From: Rhodothermales bacterium
GTDB lineage: Bacteria > Bacteroidota > Rhodothermia > Rhodothermales > Bin80
Direction: 5' to 3'
DNA length: 64,000 bases
Assembly: GCA_951812585.1 (NCBI GenBank)
Contig: OX638318.1
Coordinates: forward strand, 2,978,810-3,042,809
Shown: positions 1-9,398 of the stretch, one piece after another
Layout of the letters: each line of letters begins with the position of its first letter
Numbering within the stretch: position 1 is the stretch's first letter
Position numbers and translations under genes: made by a program
Notes under the pieces: generated by a model
What the model was told of the DNA's origin: nothing
The model's input: the letters and a program-made list of their open reading frames with translations, nothing else
The model's database searches: none

Positions 1-907
1 GCACATCGTGGACATAGTCCATGTCCTTAAGGAGCTCCCGACGCCGTTCTCGCGCAGGTCCGAAGTAATCCAGCATCATCGCAATGAGCTCTGCTTTGGC
101 GTGTCCGTACCCATAACCCCCGGCGAGGTAGGCCTCCCGAAGCTCTGCCTGCTTTTCCGGCGTGGCGAACAGCTTAATCAGCGCAAACACGTTGTCCTTG
201 TCTGGTTTTTTCGGTGCCTCCAGGGGTGTGGAATCTGTCTTGATGCGCTTGACCCGGCGCGTCAGCGCGGCTTTTTCTTCGAAGATGCCAATTGCATTGT
301 TGTAACTCTTGGACATCTTGCGCCCGTCAATGCCAGGCACGGTGGCAACGCTATCCAGGATGTACGCCGAGGGGATGGGAAAATGCTCTCCGAACCGGTT
401 GTTGAAGCGCTGCGCTATGTCGCGCGTCATCTCGATGTGCTGCCGCTGATCCGCGCCAACGGGTACCAGCGTTCCCCCATAGATCAGGATGTCCGCTGCC
501 TGCAGCACGGGATAGTTGAACAGGCCGCAGTTTGGGCTGAGTCCCTGCACGACCTTGTCCTTGTAGGCGACACCCTTTTCGAGATGCGACACGGGGGTCA
601 GGCAAAAGAAGATCCATGTCAGCTCATTCAGTAGGGGCACATCACTTTGCACGAAGAGGTTGGATCGGTCCGGGTCAAATCCAAGCGCGAGGTACGTGAC
701 GGCCGCGTCCAGCGTATGGGCATGGAGCTGCGCAGCATCCTGCACGGTGGTCATCGCATGGTAGTTCACGATGAAGTAGTACGACGGATGCGCGTGCTGC
801 AATGCAATATGCTGCCGGATCGCTCCGAAGTAATTGCCAATGTGGAGTGCTCCAGACGACTGGATGCCGGAAACCACCACGGTCTTGCCGGGCGCAAAAG
901 GTGCCAT
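1..907 (-). CDS. trpS: Tryptophan--tRNA ligase (partial; C-terminus lies beyond the window start)
   Basis: Absent from the ORF track because it runs off the edge. My translation from the ATG at 907-905 gives MAPFAPGKTVVVSGIQSSGALHIGNYFGAI..., with a HIGH-type motif (LHIGNY), VPVGADQRQH and the KMSKS motif (GRKMSKS). The track ORF 8..634(+) is its antisense shadow. Confidence 0.9.
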   Translation of the reverse strand, partial: MAPFAPGKTVVVSGIQSSGALHIGNYFGAIRQHIALQHAHPSYYFIVNYHAMTTVQDAAQLHAHTLDAAVTYLALGFDPDRSNLFVQSDVPLLNELTWIFFCLTPVSHLEKGVAYKDKVVQGLSPNCGLFNYPVLQAADILIYGGTLVPVGADQRQHIEMTRDIAQRFNNRFGEHFPIPSAYILDSVATVPGIDGRKMSKSYNNAIGIFEEKAALTRRVKRIKTDSTPLEAPKKPDKDNVFALIKLFATPEKQAELREAYLAGGYGYGHAKAELIAMMLDYFGPARERRRELLKDMDYVHDV

Positions 908-911
908 AGGT

Positions 912-1385
912 TCAGGATATGGTTCTTTGCCGGCGCGCCTGTCCCAGCACAAAGGCCAGCCGCTCTGCGCTGCTCTCCGCGCAACGCCGGAGCACAGCCT
1001 CGGTACGCATCTGGTGCTCAATAGTGCGCTCTGCGTGCAGAGCTTCCCCCAGTGCTTGCTCTTCGGCGAGCAGTACCGCCCAGGTGCCCGTCACCGGCGG
1101 CGCATCAACTGGACGGTCGGCGCCGGAATAGGCCACGCCGCCGCAGCTGAAGATGGTCTCGGCAAGCTTGCCCATATCAGTCCTTGCCTTGCGTTGCAGC
1201 TGCGCCAGCTCCTCTGCATACGCCGCTTCCGGGGCGGCCAGGCTGACTACTTGGTCGTACAAGCGACTCAGGACGACATGCTGCGCCATCAGCGGGTTCA
1301 GGCGGGCAATGGTTTCCTGCCGTGAAATGGTGCGCCCGGCCCAACCCTTCTTGAGCAGCACCGACTTGATTTCTTTGGTTCGCAT
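912..1385 (-). CDS. Hypothetical protein (helical, Ala/Glu/Leu-rich; no motif recognised)
   Basis: 157-aa ORF with an ATG start. Its stop is 4 nt before the trpS ATG and its start is 34 nt after the trpE stop, so it sits in the same-strand trpE-trpS array. Confidence 0.5.
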   Translation of the reverse strand: MRTKEIKSVLLKKGWAGRTISRQETIARLNPLMAQHVVLSRLYDQVVSLAAPEAAYAEELAQLQRKARTDMGKLAETIFSCGGVAYSGADRPVDAPPVTGTWAVLLAEEQALGEALHAERTIEHQMRTEAVLRRCAESSAERLAFVLGQARRQRTIS

Positions 1386-1419
1386 AAGCGGTATGGGTTG
1401 AATGGCGCGAATATAGCAA

Positions 1420-2907
1420 CTAGAGCAATCCTTCGGCTGCGACCAGGAGCGCCTTCTTGAGTGCTTCGGCCTTGTTCTCTGTCTCCTCGTACTCGCGCTG
1501 GGGGTCGCTGTCGGCTACGATGCCCGCACCAGCCTGAATGAAGACCTTGCTGTCCCGCACCACCATCGTGCGAATGGCGATACAGGTGTCCATGTTGCCG
1601 GAAAAGTCGATGTAGCCTACCGCCCCTGCATAGACCCCCCGTTTGCTGGGCTCGAGCAAGTCTATGATTTCCATGGCACGCACCTTGGGGGCACCACTGA
1701 CAGTGCCCGCAGGAAAACAGGCGCGCAGCACGTCCAGTGCTTCGCAGTGCGGATCAATACTGCCGCTGATAGTGCTGACGATGTGCATGACATGCGAGTA
1801 GCGCTCGATATACGCATAGCGGTCCACCTGCACGGTGCCCATGCTGCAGATACGCCCCAGGTCGTTGCGGCCCAGGTCCACCAGCATGAGATGCTCCGCG
1901 CACTCCTTCGGATCACGCAGCAATTCGTCGGCCAGGCGTTCATCCTCCGCTGCGTCCCTGCCTCTGGGGCGTGTCCCTGCAATGGGCAGCAGCTGTGCCC
2001 GTCCCTCTTCCACGCGCACGAGGACTTCCGGTGACGATCCGATCAGCGTCACCTCGCCAAAATCCAGATAGAACAGGTAGGGCGAAGGATTGACTTGGCG
2101 CAATGCGCGGTACAGGTTGAAAGGGTCCCCCTCAAATGCAAGAGAAAACCGCTGGGAAAGTACGACCTGAAAGATGTCTCCCTCGTAAATCAGACGCTTG
2201 GCCTCCTCCACGGCCGCCTCAAAAGTAGCGCGCTCAAAGTTTGACTGCATCTGACCCGGACTCAGCGACACCTGCTGCGGTGTCCTGATCGGCGACTGCA
2301 GTTCGGCCTCCAGCTGCGTCAGTCGGGCCTGGGCTTCCAGGTATCGTGCCTTGAGCGGGGTCGTTGCATCGACGAATACGCTGGTCATCAGCACCATCTG
2401 GTGCTTGACTCGATCAAAGGCAGCCACGGTGTCATAGAAGCACCAGATAGCGTCTGGAATGCCGAGATCGTCCGGCGGGATGGAAGGCAGGTGTTCGATA
2501 AGCCGAACGCCATCGTACCCCATAAAGCCTACCGCGCCGCATCGAAGGCGGGGAAGGCCCGGCACCGGCACTTCCGTGTATGCGGCCAAATAGTGCTGAA
2601 GCACAGCAAAGATGTCGCCGCTGGGCGCGCCGGGCTGAGGCTGACCGTCGCCATCCAGCACCTCCACGGAGGCCCCATGCGCTCGAATGACGCGATAAGG
2701 GTTTTTGCCCAGAAATGAATAGCGCGCAAGGTGCTCTCCGCCTTCTACACTTTCCAGCAGGAACGCGTGGTGCCCCGTTTGTCGAAGGGCCAAGTGCGCT
2801 GAAACGGGCGTCAAGAGATCAGCGCTGAGTCGCCTGTACAGTGGTAACACAATAGGCCACTGTCCACGATGCGATTCAGCCAGCGCTCTAAAGACTCTGA
2901 AGGTCAT
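1420..2907 (-). CDS. trpE: Anthranilate synthase component I
   Basis: Motifs LLESVEGGE, GDIFQVVLSQRF, LLPIAGTRPRG, LMLVDLGRNDLGR, SGAPKVRAMEII and GGAVGYIDFSGNMDTCIAIRT. The track start at 2919 is TTG, so the in-frame ATG at 2907 (MTFRVFRAL...) is preferred. Confidence 0.93.
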   Translation of the reverse strand: MTFRVFRALAESHRGQWPIVLPLYRRLSADLLTPVSAHLALRQTGHHAFLLESVEGGEHLARYSFLGKNPYRVIRAHGASVEVLDGDGQPQPGAPSGDIFAVLQHYLAAYTEVPVPGLPRLRCGAVGFMGYDGVRLIEHLPSIPPDDLGIPDAIWCFYDTVAAFDRVKHQMVLMTSVFVDATTPLKARYLEAQARLTQLEAELQSPIRTPQQVSLSPGQMQSNFERATFEAAVEEAKRLIYEGDIFQVVLSQRFSLAFEGDPFNLYRALRQVNPSPYLFYLDFGEVTLIGSSPEVLVRVEEGRAQLLPIAGTRPRGRDAAEDERLADELLRDPKECAEHLMLVDLGRNDLGRICSMGTVQVDRYAYIERYSHVMHIVSTISGSIDPHCEALDVLRACFPAGTVSGAPKVRAMEIIDLLEPSKRGVYAGAVGYIDFSGNMDTCIAIRTMVVRDSKVFIQAGAGIVADSDPQREYEETENKAEALKKALLVAAEGLL

Positions 2908-2917
2908 CGTTGATATC

Positions 2918-2950
2918 AAAAAGAAAGCCCACTGCTTGTGGCAGCGGGCT
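2918..2950 (-). terminator. Intrinsic-terminator-like hairpin plus U-run in the trpE 5' leader (candidate attenuator)
   Basis: The minus-strand RNA reads AGCCCGCUGC-CACAA-GCAGUGGGCU, a 10-bp stem with one G.U pair, followed by UUCUUUUU. It ends 10 nt before the trpE ATG. No upstream gene on this strand needs terminating. Confidence 0.6.
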
Positions 2951-3186
2951 TACCCTGGCATACGAGACGCATGCAATGTGCTAGGGGCCCACTGCCGGGT
3001 GCAGCCGCCGCCAATAGCCGCGCCGCAAGTCCCAGGAAGCATGTGTCAAGGCCCGTTGCATCGCAATGCCATCACGTTAAAAGCGTATACGCACACCGTG
3101 CGGAGTGGTGCCCTGCCGCCAAATCGGAACCTGCTTGCTATCTTGGCATAATCCGTGCCCGCCACGAATTTGTCCAACCCGATCCT

Positions 3187-4380
3187 ATGGCAATGAAGCG
3201 TCCGGCTTCTCCTTATCACCGTGCACACGAGCGTGTCCTGCTGGTTCTTGCCGCGGTGGGCATCGCGCTGACGCTTCACCTGTCCTTCTGGTACGGCGAT
3301 ACCGTCGTGGACGACCCGGTTTGCGGTGGTGACAGCGATTGCGCCTCTGTGATAGCGCAAGACCCGACCTTCTTCGGCATATCGAGCACCACATCGGGCT
3401 TCTTGTTCTATGTACTGGTGGCGGTGTTCAGCATGGGCGTCACCTGGGACTGGAATCGGAGGCGTCGCCATTTCAAGGCGGGTCGCCTCGGCCTCGTGTC
3501 GGGTGGCCTGGCATATTCGCTCTTCCTGACGATGTATCAGCTGTTTGCATTGGAGGACTTCTGTGTGCTGTGCTTGGCCTCGTTTGGCTTGGTGTCCGCG
3601 ATGGCCATAACCTTGGTGCTGATGCTCCGAAAGCCCCCGGCGGTGCATAGGAGACGGGATGTGCAGGCGAATGCACGGAATTTTCACTACATTGTAGCTG
3701 CCGCTGTCGCAGCGGTCGTGCTGCTGGACTACATGGCGTATCGCGACAGTGCTGCGGCATCTGGCGTCGCGGCGACGCAGGCGGCGGTGTACAACCCAGC
3801 CCTTTGCCGATACGATGACGCGTTGCCGCGCTACGACAACCTGGACCAGTTCATCAGCGATTCGGATCCGTTCACCGGCCCGGTATCGGCGCCGGTGACC
3901 ATAGTAGAGTTCATCGATCCCAATTGTCAATTCTGCAAGTCGCAGCATCCAGTCATGCTCCGTTTGGCGGCAGCCTACCCGGATCGGGTGCGCATTGTGT
4001 ACAAGCTGGTGCCGCTTTTGGCGGGGAACTTGCTTTTTTCACTGGACGAAGTGATGGCCCTCTGGCTAGCCAATGAAGAGGGGCGGTATGAGGAAATGAT
4101 CGAGGGAGTGTTTGCGGCCCAGAATCCTCAGGGCCTTTCGGTCGCGCAGCTGGTGGATATTGCAGAGGAAGCAGGTTTGAATCCGCGCGCGTTTCGGCAG
4201 CAGCTGGAAAGTCGGCGCCTGGAACCCAGAGCGCGCAGAATACGCCGCGTATTTGATCAGATGGGACTCAATGCTGTGCCCGCCATCCTGATCAGTGGCC
4301 GCAAGGTGCACTCCGATGATCGCTCGTTTGGCTGTCTGAGCCACCTTGTGGAGCAGGAACTCGCTAATCTCGTCCCGTGA
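3187..4380 (+). CDS. Vitamin K epoxide reductase (VKOR)-family membrane domain fused to a DsbA/thioredoxin-like domain
   Basis: The N-terminal half is multi-pass hydrophobic with Cys pairs (CGGDSDC, CVLC). The C-terminal half has a thioredoxin-fold CxxC (PNCQFC). The track ORF starts at 2938, but that extension is Arg/Ala-rich junk, so ATG 3187 ([10 protein letters not shown]...) is preferred. Confidence 0.75.
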   Translation: MAMKRPASPYHRAHERVLLVLAAVGIALTLHLSFWYGDTVVDDPVCGGDSDCASVIAQDPTFFGISSTTSGFLFYVLVAVFSMGVTWDWNRRRRHFKAGRLGLVSGGLAYSLFLTMYQLFALEDFCVLCLASFGLVSAMAITLVLMLRKPPAVHRRRDVQANARNFHYIVAAAVAAVVLLDYMAYRDSAAASGVAATQAAVYNPALCRYDDALPRYDNLDQFISDSDPFTGPVSAPVTIVEFIDPNCQFCKSQHPVMLRLAAAYPDRVRIVYKLVPLLAGNLLFSLDEVMALWLANEEGRYEEMIEGVFAAQNPQGLSVAQLVDIAEEAGLNPRAFRQQLESRRLEPRARRIRRVFDQMGLNAVPAILISGRKVHSDDRSFGCLSHLVEQELANLVP

Positions 4381-6368
4381 TGGCCATGCACGATGCGGCA
4401 TGTATCAATACGATACGGTTTCTGGCCGCGGATGCAGTTCAGCGCGCACGAAGTGGCCACCCGGGCATGCCGATGGGCGCAGCGCCTATGGCCTATGTCT
4501 TGTGGACGCGGCACCTGAAGCACGACCCCCAGGCTCCCGACTGGCCCGACCGGGATCGCTTTGTGCTTTCAGCCGGGCACGGATCCATGTTGCTCTACGC
4601 CCTGCTGCACCTGACGGGATACGACCTTCCGTTAGCGGAACTGAAGGCCTTTCGACAATGGGGAAGCCAAACACCGGGACACCCCGAGCATGGATTGACG
4701 CCCGGCGTAGAAACGACGACCGGCCCCCTGGGGCAGGGGTTCGCCAACGGCGTGGGGATGGCCATGGCAGAGCGCTTTCTGGCATCCCGGTTCAATCGCG
4801 ATGGCTATGAGGTGATTAGCCACCACACCTACGGCATTGTGTCCGACGGCGATCTCATGGAGGGCATCTCCCATGAAGCCGCCGCATTGGCGGGCCACCT
4901 GGGCCTGGGGAAGCTGATCTACCTGTGGGACGACAACCGCATCACCATTGATGGGAGCACCGACCTGGCGTTCACGGAGGATCCGATGCAGCGGTTTGCT
5001 GCATACCGCTGGCAAGTGCTCCATGTTGAGGATGGCAATGATATCGACGCGCTGGACATCGCATTGCAGGAGGCTGCAGCATGCCACGCGCAGCCGTCTC
5101 TGATACGGGTTACAACCACGATCGCCTACGGAAGCCCCAACAAGGCGGGCACTGCGGGTGCCCATGGCGCGCCCCTGGGCGAAGACGAAGTCCGGCTCAC
5201 CAAGCGGGCGTTGGGATGGCCCGAAGACGAGCACTTCCGAGTGCCTGATGCGGTCTGCCGCTCGATGGATGCACGTGCCAAGGGCGCCGCGCGGCGGCGC
5301 GACTGGAAGGCGGCTTGCGACCGCTATGCGGCAGCGTTTCCGGCACGCGCGGCCGAGCTGCGCGACTGGCTGGAGGGTGCGCTGCCGGCAGATTGGGCTG
5401 CTTCACTGCCGACCTTTGCGCCGGGCACCAGGCTGGCCACGCGTGCGGCCAGTGGCAAGGTGCTGGGTGCGCTGCTGGAGCGGGTTCAGAATCTCATGGG
5501 CGGCTCCGCTGACCTCACACCCTCCAACAAGACGCGGGGACAGCAGCAGCAGGACTTTCAGCGGCAAACGCCCAGCGGCAGCTATGTGCGCTTCGGCGTT
5601 CGTGAACATGCCATGGCCGGCATCTGCAATGGCGTCAGCCTGCACGGAGGGCTGCGTCCGTATTGCGGGACTTTCCTCGTCTTCAGCGACTACATGCGTC
5701 CTTCCCTGCGTCTGAGCGCGATCATGGAGCAGCCGGTGATCTACGTGTTCACGCATGACTCCATAGGCGTAGGCGAAGATGGTCCGACACACCAGGCCAT
5801 AGAGCATGTGATGGCGCTCAGGGCGATTCCAAACCTGACCGTGATACGACCCGCCGATGCCTGCGAAACGGCCTACGCCTGGCGTATCGCTCTGACCAAC
5901 ACGGCAGGCCCTACTGCCCTGATACTGACACGCCAAGGCGTACCTACGATTACGGACGCGCGGTCGGCAGAAGGTGTGGCCCGGGGCGCATACATCCTCC
6001 GCAGGGGCGGCGACACGCCCGCCATCATACTGATCGCCACCGGCAGCGAGGTCCACCTGGCCGTGCAGGCTCATGAAGTGCTGGCGGCGGAAGGCATTTC
6101 GGCGCGTGTGGTAAGCATGCCCTCCTGGGAGCTTTTTGCGCAGCAGTCCGCCACGTACAAGGCCGCGGTGCTTCCAGCGGCTGTACCGCGGCGCTTGGCC
6201 ATAGAAGCCGGCATCACGCAGGGTTGGGAGCGCTACACAGGGCCGAGCGGACATGTCTTGGGCATTGATCGCTTCGGCGCTTCTGCGCCGGGGGCTCGCC
6301 TTTTTGCAGCGTTTGGCTTTACGACCCAACACGTAACAGCGGCCGCCCGCTCGCTGCTGGCCAGCTAA
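4380..6368 (+). CDS. tkt: Transketolase
   Basis: N-terminus [34 protein letters not shown] and [16 protein letters not shown], with a full-length 660-aa transketolase layout. ATG 4380 overlaps the upstream TGA by 1 nt (GTGATG). Confidence 0.93.
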   Translation: MAMHDAACINTIRFLAADAVQRARSGHPGMPMGAAPMAYVLWTRHLKHDPQAPDWPDRDRFVLSAGHGSMLLYALLHLTGYDLPLAELKAFRQWGSQTPGHPEHGLTPGVETTTGPLGQGFANGVGMAMAERFLASRFNRDGYEVISHHTYGIVSDGDLMEGISHEAAALAGHLGLGKLIYLWDDNRITIDGSTDLAFTEDPMQRFAAYRWQVLHVEDGNDIDALDIALQEAAACHAQPSLIRVTTTIAYGSPNKAGTAGAHGAPLGEDEVRLTKRALGWPEDEHFRVPDAVCRSMDARAKGAARRRDWKAACDRYAAAFPARAAELRDWLEGALPADWAASLPTFAPGTRLATRAASGKVLGALLERVQNLMGGSADLTPSNKTRGQQQQDFQRQTPSGSYVRFGVREHAMAGICNGVSLHGGLRPYCGTFLVFSDYMRPSLRLSAIMEQPVIYVFTHDSIGVGEDGPTHQAIEHVMALRAIPNLTVIRPADACETAYAWRIALTNTAGPTALILTRQGVPTITDARSAEGVARGAYILRRGGDTPAIILIATGSEVHLAVQAHEVLAAEGISARVVSMPSWELFAQQSATYKAAVLPAAVPRRLAIEAGITQGWERYTGPSGHVLGIDRFGASAPGARLFAAFGFTTQHVTAAARSLLAS

Positions 6369-6387
6369 AGAAAGCACTCCAGGCCCG

Positions 6388-6885
6388 ATGGGCAGGATGC
6401 AGGCACCTGCGATGCTCCGTGCGCATGGCCAGTCCACGCGCGGCAGGCGCACGCCAAAAGCCGCGTTGCTGCGGGTACTCGTCTTGTTGCAGCTGCTTGC
6501 AGGAGGCCTCGCGCAGGCGCAGGAATTCCCAGGACAGAGCCGGTGGAACTTCCTTCATGAGTATGAAGGCCTACGGTTCAGCTACCTGTATTACCGCGAA
6601 GCGGCGGGTGAGAATGCAGGCGTGGTGGTGATGCTGGAGAACGTTACGCAACATGCCCTGGCGTACGACTTTAAGGTCGTGTTCAAGAGCGTGGACGAGG
6701 ATGAAGCCATCGTCCGGGTGGTGGGGTCCATTGATGCCGGCGCACGAAAGACCGGATCACATGATGGGCTGTTCTGGGTACCTTGGAAAGACAAGCGCGC
6801 CATAGCACAGGTAGGCTTGCGCGGATTCAAGGTTGCGCCAAAAAAGCAGCGCGAGCCCGAACCGAAACAGGCCACCGGGACTTGA
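6388..6885 (+). CDS. Hypothetical secreted protein
   Basis: 165-aa ORF with a signal-peptide-like LLRVLVLLQLLAGGLAQAQE. No family motif recognised. Confidence 0.5.
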   Translation: MGRMQAPAMLRAHGQSTRGRRTPKAALLRVLVLLQLLAGGLAQAQEFPGQSRWNFLHEYEGLRFSYLYYREAAGENAGVVVMLENVTQHALAYDFKVVFKSVDEDEAIVRVVGSIDAGARKTGSHDGLFWVPWKDKRAIAQVGLRGFKVAPKKQREPEPKQATGT

Positions 6886-6970
6886 CACGAGCGTTGCGAT
6901 CGCTTAACTTCCGCAGGCTGCATCGCAGGATTGCTGCGCATTGCTGTATCCACCAAGATTACTCCTCCAC

Positions 6971-7069
6971 ATGTTCCTGATGTTCCTGCGCCACGAGGGC
7001 ACAGGAACAATCCTGTGCGAAAAAGCGTCTCTAAAGCCACAGGAATCAGCTAAAGTCACAGGAATCAGC
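6971..7069. repeat. Cluster of TTCCTG/CAGGAA repeats: 9-bp exact tandem, hairpin and 19-bp tandem
   Basis: ATGTTCCTG occurs twice in tandem (6971-6979, 6980-6988). TGTTCCTG (6981-6988) pairs with CAGGAACA (7002-7009). TAAAGCCACAGGAATCAGC (7032-7050) and TAAAGTCACAGGAATCAGC (7051-7069) form a tandem with 1 mismatch. The cluster lies in the 235-bp gap upstream of queA. Confidence 0.8.
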
Positions 7070-7120
7070 GGCTAGGCGGCCAGGCTCGATCAGACCCGAT
7101 TGCTTATGGCATTCAACCGG

Positions 7121-8167
7121 ATGAAGTTATCGAGCTTCGTCTTCGATTACCCGCGTGAGCTAGTTGCGCAGTACCCGGCGGAGCCGCGCGATCAATCGCG
7201 GATGATGGTTCTCAACCGGAAGGAGCGCAGCATTGAGCATCGTTATTTCAGCGACATTCCCGAATACTTCGGTGAGGGCGATGTGCTCGTCTACAATGAC
7301 ACCAAGGTATTTCCTGCAAGGTTGCTCGGAATCAAGGAGAAGACGGGGGCGAATATCGAGGTTTTCCTGCTTCGCGAGCTGAACCCGGAAAGTCGCCTCT
7401 GGGACGTTATCGTTGATCCGGCCCGCAAGATTCGCATCGGCAACAAGCTGTTTTTTGGCCCTTCGCTTGCGGCCGAGGTGATTGACAACACGACCTCCCG
7501 TGGTCGAACGATACGGTTTGTGTTCAATGGCAACAACGATGAGCTGTATCGGCAGATCGACGAGATTGGCCATACGCCATTGCCGCCATACATCAAGCGA
7601 GCGGTAGAGAAGGCGGACCGCGAACGGTACCAGACTATCTTCGCGGAGCATCGGGGCGCGGTTGCGGCTCCGACAGCGGGGCTGCACTTCACACAGGCGA
7701 TTGGGGAAAAGCTGCGTGACAGGGGTGTCTCCATGCTGCCAGTCACGCTGCATGTGGGACTGGGGACCTTTCGTCCGGTGGCGGTGGAGGATCTTACCAA
7801 GCACCGGATGCATTCCGAAAACTACGCGATCCCGAAGGAGACGGCGGACGCGGTCAATCGTGCGTTGACGTCAAGCACCAATAGCGTTACAGCCATTGGC
7901 ACGACGGTGGTTCGGGCGATCGAAACTAGCTTGACTGTTTCGCGCCACCTGAAGGGGCGCAGTGGATGGACCGACAAGTTCATTTATCCCCCCTATGAGT
8001 TCCACGTTACCGAGCGATTGATCACCAACTTCCACATGCCGAAGAGTACCCTGCTGATGCTCGCGTCGGCGTTTGCAGGATTTGACTTCCTGATGGAGGC
8101 CTACCACAAAGCCATTGACAATAAGTATCGGCTGTTTTCATTCGGCGATGCGATGCTGATCATCTGA
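7121..8167 (+). CDS. queA: S-adenosylmethionine:tRNA ribosyltransferase-isomerase
   Basis: MKLSSFVFDYPRELVAQYPAEPRDQSRMMVL, TPLPPYI and TAGLHFT are typical QueA blocks. The track start at 7100 is TTG; ATG 7121 matches canonical QueA N-termini. Confidence 0.92.
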   Translation: MKLSSFVFDYPRELVAQYPAEPRDQSRMMVLNRKERSIEHRYFSDIPEYFGEGDVLVYNDTKVFPARLLGIKEKTGANIEVFLLRELNPESRLWDVIVDPARKIRIGNKLFFGPSLAAEVIDNTTSRGRTIRFVFNGNNDELYRQIDEIGHTPLPPYIKRAVEKADRERYQTIFAEHRGAVAAPTAGLHFTQAIGEKLRDRGVSMLPVTLHVGLGTFRPVAVEDLTKHRMHSENYAIPKETADAVNRALTSSTNSVTAIGTTVVRAIETSLTVSRHLKGRSGWTDKFIYPPYEFHVTERLITNFHMPKSTLLMLASAFAGFDFLMEAYHKAIDNKYRLFSFGDAMLII

Positions 8168-8171
8168 CGGG

Positions 8172-8888
8172 ATGGGACCGGGTCATGTAGCCGCCGTTGT
8201 GCCTGCCGCTGGCAAGGGTGTACGGCTCGGCGGGGAGCGGAAGCAGTTTCGCACGCTAGGCGGGGCTCCCCTGGTACTCCAGACTATCCGGGCGCTGCGA
8301 AGGTGCGACGCAGTGGACAGCATCGTGGTGGCCGTGCCTGCCGATATGCGCACGGACGGACTGGCATCCAAGTGGGGCGTTACGGCGGTCATTCCAGGCG
8401 GCGATTCACGCCAGGCCTCCGTTGCACGCGCGATGTCGGCTTTGCCGCCGGCTGCCGATCTGGTGCTGGTTCATGATGCCGTACGCCCATTCATTAATTG
8501 TGTGCAGGTCAGCCGCGTTATCAGTGCTGCACGCAAGACCGGGGCCGCGGCGCTCGCCATGCCCGTCGTAGATACTATGCGATACGGTGCGGGCGGATAC
8601 TTCTCCGCAAGTGTTGCGCGAACGGCATTGTATCATGTGCAGACGCCGCAGGGATTTGATCGCCGCCTCCTAGAGTCTGTCCTGGGCGTAGCGCCAACCG
8701 CGGCAACCGACGAGGCGGGGCTGGTTCAGCGCCAGGGGCATTCCGTAGCACTGGTTGCAGGCAGTCGGAGCAACTTCAAGATCACCACGCCGGAAGACTG
8801 GGAATGGGCCTGTACGTTGTGGCCGTGCTGGCAAAACCGCAACGGGTTCACCCAGGGCCAGGGCGGCCATAGACAACAGGGACCATAG
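8172..8888 (+). CDS. ispD: 2-C-methyl-D-erythritol 4-phosphate cytidylyltransferase
   Basis: AAVVPAAGKGVRLGG..KQF, VHDAVRPF and HVQTPQGF motifs. Confidence 0.9.
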   Translation: MGPGHVAAVVPAAGKGVRLGGERKQFRTLGGAPLVLQTIRALRRCDAVDSIVVAVPADMRTDGLASKWGVTAVIPGGDSRQASVARAMSALPPAADLVLVHDAVRPFINCVQVSRVISAARKTGAAALAMPVVDTMRYGAGGYFSASVARTALYHVQTPQGFDRRLLESVLGVAPTAATDEAGLVQRQGHSVALVAGSRSNFKITTPEDWEWACTLWPCWQNRNGFTQGQGGHRQQGP

Positions 8889-8923
8889 GCGATAGGGACC
8901 ATAGGCAACAAGTCAGGGGGAGT

Positions 8924-9394
8924 ATGCGCATAGGCTTTGGCTACGATGTGCATGCGCTGGTACCTGGCCAGCCGCTGATGCTCGGGGGTATTCGCGTTGA
9001 GCATACGCACGGGCTGGCAGGACACTCAGACGCCGATGTGGTACTGCATGCCATCGCGGATGCGCTGCTCGGAGCGGCGGCGCTGGGCGATATCGGGCAG
9101 CACTTTCCGAGTGCAGACGATAGATGGAAGGATGCCGATAGCGGGCTGCTCTTGGCGGAGACGGCGCGTACGGTGCAGGAAGCAGGATACCGGATCGCCA
9201 ATGTGGATGTTACCATTGCCGCGGAGCGTCCAAAGCTGCAGCCCTACATGCTGGCGATGCGCGCAAAGATCGCGCGGATGCTTGGCGTCGGCAGGGGGCA
9301 GATTTCCGTGAAGGCTACCACGACCGATACGCTGGGCCTGGTCGGTCGCAAGGAAGGCATGGCCGCATGGGCCGTATGCCTCCTGGAACGCTGA
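8924..9394 (+). CDS. ispF: 2-C-methyl-D-erythritol 2,4-cyclodiphosphate synthase
   Basis: MRIGFGYDVHALVPG..LMLGG, GHSDADVVLHAIADALLGA and DIG.HFP motifs. Confidence 0.93.
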   Translation: MRIGFGYDVHALVPGQPLMLGGIRVEHTHGLAGHSDADVVLHAIADALLGAAALGDIGQHFPSADDRWKDADSGLLLAETARTVQEAGYRIANVDVTIAAERPKLQPYMLAMRAKIARMLGVGRGQISVKATTTDTLGLVGRKEGMAAWAVCLLER

Positions 9395-9398
9395 GCTT

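Noticed and set aside
8-634. 208-aa plus-strand ORF at the window start
   Set aside because: It is the antisense shadow of trpS. The minus-strand frame carries clear HIGH and KMSKS TrpRS motifs, while this frame has no motifs and junk-like composition.
2938-3186. N-terminal 83-codon extension of the VKOR ORF in the track
   Set aside because: The extension is Arg/Ala/Pro-rich with no signal or TM segment, and it overlaps the trpE leader. ATG 3187 gives a sensible membrane-protein start.
3046-3948. 300-aa minus-strand ORF
   Set aside because: It lies antisense within the VKOR-thioredoxin gene. Its composition is Arg/His/Gln-rich and typical of GC-rich shadow ORFs.
5403-6452. 349-aa minus-strand ORF
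   Set aside because: It lies antisense to transketolase, which has unambiguous motifs on the plus strand.
8879-8910. 16-bp imperfect tandem (GGGACCATAGGCGATA / GGGACCATAGGCAACA) spanning the ispD stop codon
   Set aside because: It has two short copies with 13/16 identity. Replication slippage in the ispD-ispF spacer is the most likely cause, and nothing suggests a function.
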